Positions 1-11,615 of a stretch of DNA of 64,000 nt are shown in pieces (position 1 is the first letter of the stretch; each line of letters begins with the position of its first letter). Made by a program: the position numbers and the translations under genes. The stretch is taken from NCBI GenBank assembly GCA_010015805.1, contig ML978121.1:3162001-3226000 (forward strand), read 5' to 3'. The DNA comes from Rhizodiscina lignyota. Lineage: Eukaryota. The notes beneath the pieces were generated by a model. It had not been told where the DNA came from, did no database searches, and saw nothing but the letters and a program-made list of their open reading frames with translations.

Positions 1-2170
1 CACCAAAGATATTCGGAAAAAGCTTTTTAAGATGGTAAATCTGAGTTCTTTTCACTTGATGGAATAATGAAAAACAGCTTGAGATATGTAGAGATGAGCA
101 AGTCAAGTCTCGCGTTGATGCCTGAGTCTTCCGACGTCGGAGGCTGCTCGAGAATATAGGTTAGCAACGCCGAGAGTGATTCGCTGTCCATACATGCAGA
201 TAGAACCGGAGATCTAAATTATCATAAACATTTTGGAGACGCCAAACCGAATGTGTTTTGCCCCCTGGGGGACTGTAGTCTGGGCCAGTCCAACCAGTCC
301 AGAGTATTGAGGTTCTCCTGAGGAATTCTGTTCGCGTGCTAACGGCAGGAAGCGGTAGCTCAATGATTAATGACATTGAAAATGGAAGTCCAAGGCCGAG
401 TATGTCCTCCAGAGAATAGCATCCTGTATGACCCGGAAGAATGCGCTGCCGCAGTACACTGATGATTAGGCCCAAGCGACAGCCCCGCCCCTGCTCTCTC
501 TCTCATCGTGTGGAGTATAATATAAAGTGCCACTATCGTTCAATTCGAAGTGCTCGCAGCTCCTTTGCGATGTGTGCGGCCCTGCCAAATCCTGGCACTT
601 GCTTTTGGTTGAGTGGATGAATATCAATAGTTACATCGTAAAGATGTCTGAGTATTCCATGTATACCTTCTTGATCTCACAATACATTAGTTAACTCCCG
701 GGCGGCCTGTCACAGTCAGTTGATATGACTACTACACGGAAAGGCAGTGTCTTGTAAATTCGGCTTCTAAGGGAGGATGGATTTAGAAGTTACATGTCGT
801 CGAGCTAAAGAAGTTTAAGAGACACCTGTTCTGATGAGCTCATATTACTCGGCACAATTTCCTGAAATCGCTCTGAAGGTTTCCTTGCAAGATAGAAGAG
901 ATTCTCATGAAGGAACGGTACAAACCAGAAGACTGTTCAAAATTTGAGATATGAATGCTAATGCCAATGATATGGAATGCGTAGAGCATTACGGAGACCC
1001 CGTTCCTTGATTCGTTGAAGATGGTAGATCGCGCAAAGTTTATCGTTGGATCTTAAATCCATGATCGTCTTAGCGTCTAGTCAAGGGACTTAGCGTAGAG
1101 GCGACTATCCTGGCCTCTCATTTGTTGTCTCGTGAATGAATCTTGAGGCGAAGTCTTTGTAAGATGGAAGTAATATCAGAACTGTGTAAAGGACGAAATC
1201 CGAATCGTCACATCGAAAGCAACATTTCTAAGGCCCCCTGCCCCTGACTTGGCGAAAATGCTTGGCGAGGCTTACCAATTTGGACGCTAAACCGAAAAAA
1301 GAAGAGACTCGTAGACTTGTCGAACCGCGCAAATCTTCCTATCTCGACCTTTTCTCATCTCGGGAGATTCTTCATCCTTTTTCGTTTCCCGGCGAATCCT
1401 GCAAAAGCCCTGCAGATGACAGGCAAAATATATCCAGATATCCTTCCCGCAGGGGACTAATTCCTTTCACAGAGCGAAATGCATTGCTCAATCTAAAGGG
1501 GACAGTCTCTCGTCGTGGGAAGTTGTCGAACTTACATATATCCTCCCCTAAAACCAGAGCAATAGATCCTGCAGATTCGGACCTTTATGCCCCCTTGCAG
1601 TACTGGAGCTTAAGACAATCTTCGCGGCAGACCGATATATCCGAAGAGTTTCGTTCGTTACTAGTCAGCCCCAAAGCATGCGGGCTAGCACGTACCGATA
1701 TGCAGTTCTAGTTCATCGATCATTAGGAGACGATTTTGCTAGATATTTGAGCTTTATTTAAACTTCTTCCTTTCCACTATTCTCGCACTAGTCGTTTGCT
1801 GAGGTCAGCGATTAAATCTCGTATGGCTCCGCAATGCAGCTGTCTCTGCTCCAACTATCAGCCTCGTGATGACTACGCTGTACACTGGGTCGCATTATGA
1901 TATCTACCTAGGACTGGGGCTACCGCAAAGCGTATCATTATGATCTATTACCCTCGAGGGTTATGATGACCGGAACCTGGTACGCCCACTAGACAGCTGC
2001 AGGCGTCCGGAAATACTGTTTGTGGCAATTTGTACGAAGGTGAGTGGAATTTCAGGCCGCCAACCTCTAAATCACACCGACTCTGACAATCACAGATTTC
2101 TTCGATCGTGATAGTTTCCTGCAACAATTCCATCAACGACTCCTACCATCAATTGTGCAGTTATTGCAAA

Positions 2171-3076
2171 ATGTCCACGCAAGACATCACCTGTTCTCGG
2201 ATGCTTCTTGTACCCGAGCTGCTCGAAATGGTTCTAGTGCATATGCCGCCAACGGACTTGTATCGATATCGCCGTGTTTGCAGGACATGGCAGAACCTGA
2301 TGCAGACTTCGCCTAAGCTGCGACGTGCCATGTATCTGAACGAAAGAGTTGAGTTCGACGCGAAAGTCACCGAGAGTATGTCTCTTCCACATGACCTGAA
2401 TGTTGATTTTGAGGAATCTCAGATATGACCTTCAATCCTCTGTTCACGACGGATCTCTATGGCGGGGAGATTTGCAATGAATGGGCTGGGCAATCACCTT
2501 GCGCTAGAATCTACCTTTCGAAGGAGCAATTGGTAGATCTGATCGAGACACCTGGCAGCCGTTCTCTGGCTCCGAAATTACCGCCAATAGACGACATGCT
2601 TCTAACAAATCCTCCGGTCCGCTGGTCATACGTCACTGATATCTGGATCATGTATCACGGCGAGAACCTCACTTGTCACTATGGCTGCATTCGGCCGGGA
2701 GAGGATGCCCAATCAAATGAAGAGTACGTCGCGAGAGAGTTCCGCTCACGCGTTCTTCCTTGGGACTGGGGTCAGAAATCCTCGAGATGTATGGGCTATC
2801 AGAGTTCTCACAGACGCTTTAGGTACATGCGAAGAAGAATTCAAAATATGGCTTAGCCAGCGCTCGGCCCGTTATCGCGGCCTCGTCGAATACGTTGACG
2901 GAGACAGTGCCCTCACCATCAAACCCTTATTAGAGTATTTGAAGGACTCGTCCAATGAAGGGGCTCGCTCTTGGGAGGTGCTCTTGAGCCTGGGGCCTTT
3001 TTTGACGCCGCTGATTCCGAAGACGCACGCCTATCGAACGGCCTTGAATAATGGAATATGTCCCAGGTCCGTATAG
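2171..3076 (+). CDS. F-box domain protein (3 exons)
   Basis: N-terminal LLVPELLEMVLVHMPPTDLYRYRRVCRTWQNLMQTSPKLRRAMYL is an F-box. Introns 2376-2422 (GTATGT..CAG) and 2724-2775 (GTACGT..GCTCAC..CAG) join ORFs 2108, 2425 and 2681 in frame. Confidence 0.85.
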
Positions 3077-4251
3077 TTTTATCTTCCTTCACCAAGTCTT
3101 GATATAAGTGGACCCCAGAAGCAATCAAATTGAACTTCAACTTCGGCATCGCGCCTCGTGAGCTCAGTAAGCCAGTCTCGGTAATGCTTAATTAGTTACG
3201 TGGATCCGCGCTATAGAATCGCACGCGAGAATTTGACTTGGTCTACATCATCTGCCAGAGAATTACTGCAGGACATATCTACGAAGTCTGAGACGCGCTG
3301 AGGAAGAGGTTTGATGAAACGGGAGTGCTGCTATCTGCCACTCGCCGTAACATATATATCGGTGCTCCGGTTATTTCGCGACAATTTCTATCAGACACAC
3401 AACATAGAATCTGCGTCATCCAGTCATCCGCTTTGTTTCCCACCGAAGCCTTGCACTGTTACCCAAACACCCGAGTCTGATACGCCCAGTCGCACAGCAA
3501 AAGCAGGCGCAGCCTACAATACTCCGGCAAGAGCGATTGCATAGACTTTTCACCAAAGCTCAACCTCCGCGACAAACGTCTTTAATCATGTCGGGAGTCT
3601 GCTCTTCGCCACTTCGACTTAGCATCCGCCACGCCATTGATCATCACCGGACTCTCACTCTCACACGCACGACACACAAGCAAGTATGCATCCGACTTTA
3701 TCTTGACCGTCACTGCCATTCTGCCTACATGCAAATTGCTTGCAGCATGCTCTACTTAAGCTCGTCGCAAGCCCGCACTACTTGCCATCCCAAAACACTA
3801 TGTACAACCCCTCGTGCCTTCTGCGTCTATACAAATACCCAAGATGGGCATGACAAAAGAAACTCCTCCGCAGTTCTTGCACCCTCATGTAGAACGCACG
3901 CAAAAAGCCCCCGGAAATGCTATCAGCAGCACAAAGAGTCATCAGAAACGAAGCGAAAAGAAGCCCTATGCTAGAGACGACCACCCAGGCCATGAAGCAC
4001 AATTGATCAGAATGAAAAAGTATGAAAAACAGCAGGCAAAATGCCATTTAATCCAGCAAGCTCCATTTTCGTCCATGGCCGGAACACCACGTTTTGTGTC
4101 ATGAGCATTATCCCGGCATGCATGTCTGTCTTTCGTGACTCCTCGCCCGTTCGTCCATCCATGCCAAAACACCGTCCATCAAGCGCCATCGCATACCCAA
4201 AGCTTCTTTAAACCACAGAAAAAAAGCTACTCTCGTCATCACAACCTCACC

Positions 4252-7200
4252 TCACAATCTCAAACCCTGTCCCTTAATTCCCTTACTACCCCTCTTCCTC
4301 TCAAGCCACCCCTCCAGCAACCCATCCAACTCCTTCTCCATGCTCTTCAACTGCTCCCTCTCCTTAGAGAACATACTCTTCACCTCCTCATCCTCTGGGC
4401 CGAGTCTCACCATCCCACTCGTATCGTTAACAACAAGCAACAGATTCTTCACATGGCTCGTATCGTCCATGTACGCCCTCAGTGCGGCGTCGCTCCACGC
4501 CGGCAGACTGCTTCCCGTCGACGGGGTGCGGGATGGCTGCTGCACAGGCTGCGTCGGCGGCGTCTTGGGTGTAGTAGCTGTCGGGGTAGCGGACGAGCCG
4601 GACGATGTTGTTGGCGAGGAGAGCGGTGGGGGACTTTGCTGCTGCTGTGCCTGGACAAAATTGGTGTTGAGCGCGGGAGCAGACATCTGCTGTCGAAGCG
4701 CAGATGTCGGCGTGATACTTCTGCCGCCAGGGCCATGGCTTGTACCGGGACGCGGAGCGTATTGTAGCTGCGGACTTGTGGGCTTCGACATGTCCTGGAA
4801 CACACCAGGTATTGGCGCTGCGCGCGTTGGCGGTGGGGGAACGATCTGAGGCTCTGCCGATGCCGAACGCGGATACGGCTGCTGTCGTAAACTTGGCGGT
4901 TTCGCGATGTGTAGAGGTGCCGGGGCAGCCGAGCTGTTGGGACTGAAGGGACGCATAGTCTCCTCACTGCGGATGTTCGGCCCCTGTTGCGGCGCTTGTG
5001 ATAGCTGTTGCTGGGGTTGCGCCATTTGTCTCGCCTCCGCGCCAACGTCTTCAAAGTCATTATCAGACGCAGGGCTCGGGCCATGATCCTCAGCGCTGGA
5101 GTTGTCGCGGACCAAGTCAGGAGTCTGGTTCGAATCCAACGTGTCAAGGCTATTCGTTGCACCAACCGGGGACACCTGGACCGGCGACTCTGAGAGTCTC
5201 TCCGTCGGCTCTTGGAGCTGTGCTTGATTCTGGCCTTGAACTTGGCCTTGTGTGCTACTTGCGCGAATTTCGGTGGCGTTTATATCTGCGAATGGATCTC
5301 CAGGCCGCTCAACCTCGTCAGGCGAAGAGTCGAAATCGTCCAATTCTACACGCTGTTTGGCTTTCTTGACCTTCTCTCTTCTTGGAGCGCCTTCGCTCTC
5401 AGGGCTAGGCCGCAGCATGTTTGTGAGGTTCGAGAGTTTACCTCTCTCATGCGCATCCTGCGTCTTAATACGCAGGGATTGCGGCTTCTCGGGCTGCATA
5501 TCTTCGTCGGACTGCACCATGCGCATCGTCGGTTGAGGCGCTGCGGCATTGGCCGTAGTAGATTCTGCAGGAGCGGGCTCAGGCTGCGGAGATGGCTGTT
5601 TCTCAGGGCTCGGTTGGTCACTCGCTCGCTGCTGTGCTTGCGCTTGTGCTGATGCACTGTCCGCTTTCGGATTTGCCTTCTGCAGTTTACCTCTGCTTCC
5701 AGTCCTCTGCGGTTGTAGTGCATTGGTAGGGAACGATCCGGTGGTTGGTGACATGGGCGAACTATCCTCCGACAGCTTCGGCGAGAATTCGCCAGACATT
5801 TTCTCTGTATCCACGTCGCTATCACCTCTCACTCTCTTATCTTTCTTCTTAAACAGGCCACTGAACATACCCTTCTTCTCCTTTCGTTTCCTGTCATCCT
5901 TGGGGCTCTCTGACTTGAGCAGGTTCTTGTCGATGCTGTCGAAACTGCTTCCGCGCTCTCGGCCTTCTGAGGTCCGTAAGGTAGTCGCTGATGAAGAATC
6001 GTCGCGAAGGATATTAGGGGTTAGAGTGATCTTACGTGTCTCCACCGTCTCATCTCGGAAGAAGGAATCAGTGTTCCTAACAGTGCCATTGCGTGATTTG
6101 CCAGGACCGACTGATGCTGTTAGCTTGTATCTCTTTCTGAAATTTGAAAGATAGAAACTCACATTGCTTATCAATAAGGGAGTCCTCACTCGGCCTTGGC
6201 TGATCTGCGCCACCTCTTCTCGACTCGACTTCATCCGTTCTTCCACCGAAGTCGCTTTCGCTGTTCAGGTCCTCTTTACTTGCATTACTTGCGCTCTCAG
6301 CTAAAGTGGCATCGTCCTCGGCATTTTCAATGACAGCCGATTGCTCCTGGACCTGTACTTCACCTCCGTGCATTATTCCGTTCTCTTCCATGTCGTCCTC
6401 GTCGGAAGAGTACTCGTAGTCAGACGCATCGCGATACGTAGGCTGAGGATTAAACTGGACTGTTCGTGCATTACGTCGCCTCATTGCCTTCTTGAGTGGA
6501 TTTTTGGACTTCTCGGCCGTATCTCCAAGCATCGTCGCAGAGAGCTAAAGATTCCAATCAACTTTGATAGCTACAATTTTCAAAAAGGCACCTACGTCGA
6601 TGTTTCTGTGCTTATTAAGTCGCGCTAATCTCTCGGTCGGCGTTTCGATGTGTTCGGCCGGCAAGTAACCTTTATAATGTGAGTAATACTGTAACTTCGT
6701 AGAGTAGAAGAAGGCATACCAATGCTACTATCCTTCACGATCCTCACCAACCACCAATAGCTATTACTGTCATCCAGGAGCACCATCGTATCGCCCTTCG
6801 TAGCATTGGCCTGCCCTTCGACGGTCGCGACGAACGTATGCAGGGCATACACAAACTCAAAGTCGATGTCTTCTGTTTCTCGTAAGCACTCTCCACCCCA
6901 ACCGGAGTCGATAAATCGGCCAGATTCTCCGGATTGTTGTTTGTTGAGAGAAGAAAGTTTAGGAAAGCCATCAGTGTCATCATCTTTGTAATCAGCCGAA
7001 TTGAAGCTCGAGCTTTCGCTTGTCGTTTCCCATCCATCGTCGTCGTCGGCGGGGAAGTCGTGTGTGAGCGCATGCGGCGTGTACATGGGGTTGTTCTCAG
7101 GACTGTCCGGTTCGATTACGTCTGCTGATAGAAGCGGGTCGTCTGCAGGCAGGAGAAGCCTGCCCAGTGCCTCCTCATTCAAGCTTGACACGGAAGTGTC

Positions 7201-8162
7201 GCGCTCCAGTGTCTGAGGCACGGATAATCGATCGCTGGGGAGAGGCGAAAGCTGATCTCTCGATTCGTCTTCATAACCTTCATCGTCGTAAACCTGGACC
7301 CAAAGATTGTTGTGTTCCATATACTCACCATAGCGATGATGACCTTCTGGCGTAGTGAACTGAAATTCGGGCTGAAGAATCAAGGGATAGTGGGCAGGAG
7401 GGGTTGTGAAAGGGGAAGAACCGCCCGAATCAGCCGTCTCCAAACTGACATTCCGCTGAGGCGGACAGCCCAGAGGGAGGTGCTGGGGCGTTGAAAGAAA
7501 TGGCGACGACTCCATGCCAGAAGTTGGCGAAGGAGTGAAACCACGCCGTTGAGTTTGAACTGGAGTTGAACTCCGCGGAGAAGAAAGACCAGGCAGTTCG
7601 TGCAGTTGGTGCTGATACTGCCTGGAGCTGGATCTTGTCGGATATGAAGAATACCCACCATCGTCAATTGAAGGTGAACTCGAAATCTTGTCCATCATGT
7701 CGTCGTCCATGTCATCACTGCTTTCCGCATCGGCCATTTCCTGATCCTCCCCTTGCCCAGCTTGGCCACCATTTTGCTGTACGGCCTGCTCGTCGCGCTG
7801 CTGATAAGACTCGTCACCGCTCGCTGTCTCTTGCACTTCGTCTTCGTCTTCTGAAGGGGGTTCTTCGCGAGCGCTATCGTTCCACGCCTGGCGCAATTGC
7901 TCCTCCTCGGACGCGCGCTCTTCCTGTACGTGATGTAGCTCTGCTGCCTGGTGAGGTGCGGCAGGACCGATTCCGAGAGGGGATGGATGCGTTGGCTGGC
8001 GGCTGTGGTCTTGCGCGGTTGGAGAAGATGTAGCTTGGAGATCGAGGGTATCTGTTGTTCGAGAAGGAAACATAAAAGTCAGCCAACCGCGCGAGTGAAG
8101 CGTGACGGTGACGCTGAGAAAAAGCAGTGCTTACCCGCCCGAATAATCTGCGGCCTCGTCAT
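4252..8162 (-). CDS. tea4: SH3-domain cell-polarity scaffold, Tea4/Bud14/TeaC family
   Basis: Start MTRPQIIRA|DTLDLQ across a GTAAGC intron. SH3 motif FEFVYALHTFVATVEGQANATKGDTMVLLDDSNSYWWLVR, then ETPTERLARLNKHRNID, RTVQF (RVxF-like PP1 docking) and a C-terminal WSDAALRAYMDD..LLLVVND region. Confidence 0.88.
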
Positions 8163-9413
8163 GGTGGTTGACGTCTGAAACAATCATGCGTCGAGCGCGA
8201 GAGGCCGCCAAGTAGGCGGTAATTGTGATATTCGTTCGGCTAAGTGCGCCGTTTGACACGGGAGTGGTCGCGTGCGAGTTTCCGACGTCTGGGATCGGCG
8301 GGAGAAGACGAATGACGGATGTTTGGAGGATGGGTCGGCTGAGAATGGCAAAGGAAACGCTGGTCTGAGGTCGCCGTCTCAAGTGGATGCGCGATTTGCT
8401 GGTATGGCACAAGCGGACACATGCATCGCCGGAACGCAGCTGCGCAGGAAGGAGTGACTCGTCGAAAGAGCGACAACGGGTCGATAGAGCGGCGGCGGAG
8501 AATTATCGACCCGCTACAAAGGGCTGAGAGCGCGAAGAGGAGTGATTCGGACGATTTTGGGGAGGTCGGCGGTGGATAGAGGTTCTTGGTAAGAAACAGG
8601 AGGTAGTGAGGCACTGGCGTCTCCAAAAATCTCAGGGATCGGCGGGCATTCGTGGCGCACCTCAAGCGCGCTAAGTACCACTCAGCCTTGCCTGCAATTG
8701 ACAGCGTCACATGCGCGGGATCGGTGGGATTTTCACTGGACAAGTACTGTATATATTGAGCAGAGCGCAATTGCGCAGTGCACAGCAGCGTGACAGGCGG
8801 ACGTTGTCGTTGTATTAAGGTTTGTATTTTCTTCACTCGTGGCAGGCGCGTCGACCTGTCCTTCCGCTTGTGGGCTCTGTTCCTGGCAGGTGCAGGCATC
8901 CCCAATCGGGACTGGGCGACCCCACGGCCCTCATTCGCTGGCCCGCAGGCCCGCTTTATTTTTCTCAAAGAGAAATCTAATCTCCCATCCAAGCTTCACT
9001 CAAGCCGTTCGGCCTTAACTACGTAGCTAGTATTTATAGCTGACTGCCCGACCTTCATTTCCACATTGATCCTCTCGAAAACGGCGTCATCGTTCTTCGT
9101 CGACGGTCCGAACGACTCATGAACGAGCGACGCGCCTGCACGTAGCAAGGGGATGGCACTCCCTCCCTGTCACACCTTCTGTACCAGGCCCGTTTATCAT
9201 GCGGAGAAGCGCTCCATCAAAACAACGAATAGAACGCACACGATCGCGGATGGATCGATACACATCAAACACATCTCGAGTGAAACTGATATGTTCATTA
9301 GTCCTAAATACACTTTCCTGTGGGCCAGAGCCATGCTCGGACCCCTGTCCATCGCACTCATGTACAAATCATGTCTCGTTGAAGGTCATTATATGCCGTC
9401 ATCCTGCTTCGAA

Positions 9414-10852
9414 TCACTTGGTGAGTACTTTCGCATCTGTTTTACTAGTTTCGGTACTCGCAGCAGCGGCAGGAGCGGTTACAGCAGGCGCCAGACCTGC
9501 ACCAACTCTGAGACTCCCTTCCTTGCGCTTTGCAAGCAGACTCTTAAACGCCCCTAGCCACCTGGCCAGCGAGTCTTCATCCATCGTGCAGAAGCGGTAT
9601 GTCCGCTCCTCTGTAATTAGTTGGAAACAATTCTGCTTGGATTTGGAGATGGGATCAATGTCCACTGCGTCCAACAGCGTTGAGAAGGGGATGATCAGTG
9701 TTGCAGAGTATTCCTTTATGGCATTAACACTTCAGCAATGGCGGTGCGCACATATTCAACTCACCTCCTCGTTCTTGTAAATGGCAAACTGTCTAGGGCG
9801 CAAGACGCACCAGACAGTCCGCCATTGTCTTACTCCTCCCTTGGACTTGAGCAACTCTAGCCAGCCATGATACACAATGCGCTCTTCCACCGGGCTGCTG
9901 TCTCCCGCGCCAGTCGTGTTGCTGGCATTCCGCTTATTCGTTGGTCGTGGTGAGGCGCCGTAGACCTTGTTCTCGTCGGCAACTTTGGTGAGCTCTTTTG
10001 ACAAAGACGTCACTGATCCGAGGCCACCAGGGTCCGAAAAATCTGAGTATGATCCCTGCTCGTTCCCAGAGTAATTCACAACTGTATGTGATGGCCTTCT
10101 CGCGCTGTGCATATTGCTCGGTCCAGTTGCAGCTCTGTGTGGTCTGGTCTTGGTAGCAGTAGCCTCGCGGTCCTCTGAGCTTGATCCTGCCACTCCTGCA
10201 TTCCTGTCTATAACACCAAATGGTTCTCCGAGCTCCTTTGTCGCCGATGGGCTCATCAAGATCATCTCCTCATCTTCCTCGTCTATCCTTGCTTCTCTTC
10301 GGATCAACTCCACCCATTCCTGCGCCTCCTTTTCTGATGAAGCTGATAAGTGGAAGTTTCGTGAAGGCGAGAATAGGCCAAATACATAGCGTGCTTTGTG
10401 CTTGGGGTCTTTTTGGCGCGCAACAGCTGTGAGGTCGGAGAGGATGACTTGATGCCGTAGTTTCGTTTCTGCAGTGTCATGGTAAATGGATAGGAGATTT
10501 GGACGAAGGACGAGTTGAATGGGTTTCCAATGCTAAATAAGTTTTAGTTATGCTCTCATGAAGCGGTGAAGACTAGAGGCGCGATTACCTTTGTCTTTCG
10601 TGTCCGTTTCAGAACCTGTCCTGACTTGATAACGCGGTCGAATTCAAAGCTTCCATTCTGGTTGACTGGAGAGAACATGTCCAAGCTTAGCTGGCATTTA
10701 CGGACCGGTGGAGTCTTTGGTGGCATTTCGATCTTCATGTTCTGAGCAAGAGCTGTTCTGCCGTCAGACTTGGGGTTCTCCGTTGACGCTTGCCCTTGCG
10801 CCGGGGGCGGCCGTTCTGTCGTTGCAGGAAGGCCCATTGCGACTGAATGCAT
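9414..10852 (-). CDS. Tandem PH-domain protein, Opy1-like
   Basis: PH1 FDRVIKSGQVLKRTRKTK..LVLRPNLLSIY..WVELIRREA and PH2 YHGWLELLKSKGGVRQWRTVWCVLRPRQFAIYKNEE..RTYRFC..WLGAFKSLL. Two introns. Start codon uncertain (ATG 10852 or 10837). Confidence 0.82.
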
Positions 10853-10878
10853 AGGCCGAGAGGTGTCCAAAACCGTCA

Positions 10879-10913
10879 AGTACAGCTCCGAACAGAGAGC
10901 TGTACTATAACAT
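10879..10913 (-). promoter_or_regulatory. Met-Leu-stop uORF plus perfect 10-bp hairpin upstream of the PH gene
   Basis: AGTACAGCTC(10879-88)-8 nt loop-GAGCTGTACT(10897-906). Minus-strand ATG TTA TAG at 10913-10905. Confidence 0.35.
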
Positions 10914-11556
10914 CGTCGCGAGAGGTTGGTGTGCGGTTGGAAAAGCTATGACCTGTATCAGAGGCGAGTCGAGCTCGAGTCAGTGGTTTTGACACCGCGC
11001 ATAAAGCGCGCTAGGAACGAAGGTGAGATATAGGGGAAATTGCATAGAGCAGTCAATTGAGAAGTCTGTGCACAGCCTCGATGGAGTGAGAGTTTTTCAG
11101 GCGGCAGAGGCAATGGAAGCGGGTGTGGTAGTCGGAATGCCGTGGGCAAAGAAGTAAAAGGGAGAAGACGCAGATTAGAGCGGGTTGGGAGCGATCGACG
11201 CATTCGCTACTGGAATCCGGGGTGGGAAAGCTCTGACGTCGGGCCCATTGCAGGGGCCATTAGCGAGGGCAAGCACTCAGCACGATTGCGGAAAAGCACC
11301 GAGATCGCCTCGCATTCCACGGCACATGCCAGTGTGGAACCTCACACAAAGGCACCGACACAGCCACAACCCCTCAATCACTGCCTATGTCGCCTTTGAA
11401 GAGGCGTACGCAATGGCTTCCTGAGGCTCTGCCGAACATGAGACGCATGATCCACAACGTGGCAGCCAGAAAACCTGCTGCCCCCGGCTAGTCTCACACC
11501 AATAGGCCCGTTGATACTCCAACGCACTAGTAGAATTTCACACCACCATCTTTCGA

Positions 11557-11570
11557 ACGCGTAAACGCGT
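11557..11570. promoter_or_regulatory. Tandem MCB (ACGCGT) elements
   Basis: ACGCGT at 11557-62 and 11565-70, ~50 bp upstream of the RIA1 ATG in a divergent intergenic region. Confidence 0.3.
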
Positions 11571-11615
11571 GGCGCGACACCTTACCGTTGCCTTCCGGCA
11601 GAAATAATAATCAAG

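Noticed and set aside
50..1750. Possible decayed minus-strand gene (an intron-like GTATGG..GCTAAC..AG near 192-146 and frames interrupted by TAG/TGA/TAA)
   Set aside because: No recognisable domain and the segments lie in different frames; cannot be distinguished from intergenic DNA without a homology search.
2108..3076. Apparent frameshifted F-box pseudogene
   Set aside because: Both frame changes are explained by canonical introns.
3311..4250. Cluster of short ORFs on both strands
   Set aside because: No motifs; composition fits the antisense of the Tea4-like 3' UTR.
8240..8992. 250-aa minus-strand ORF upstream of the Tea4-like gene
   Set aside because: Non-ATG start and Arg/Ser/Pro-rich UTR-like composition; likely promoter or 5' UTR.
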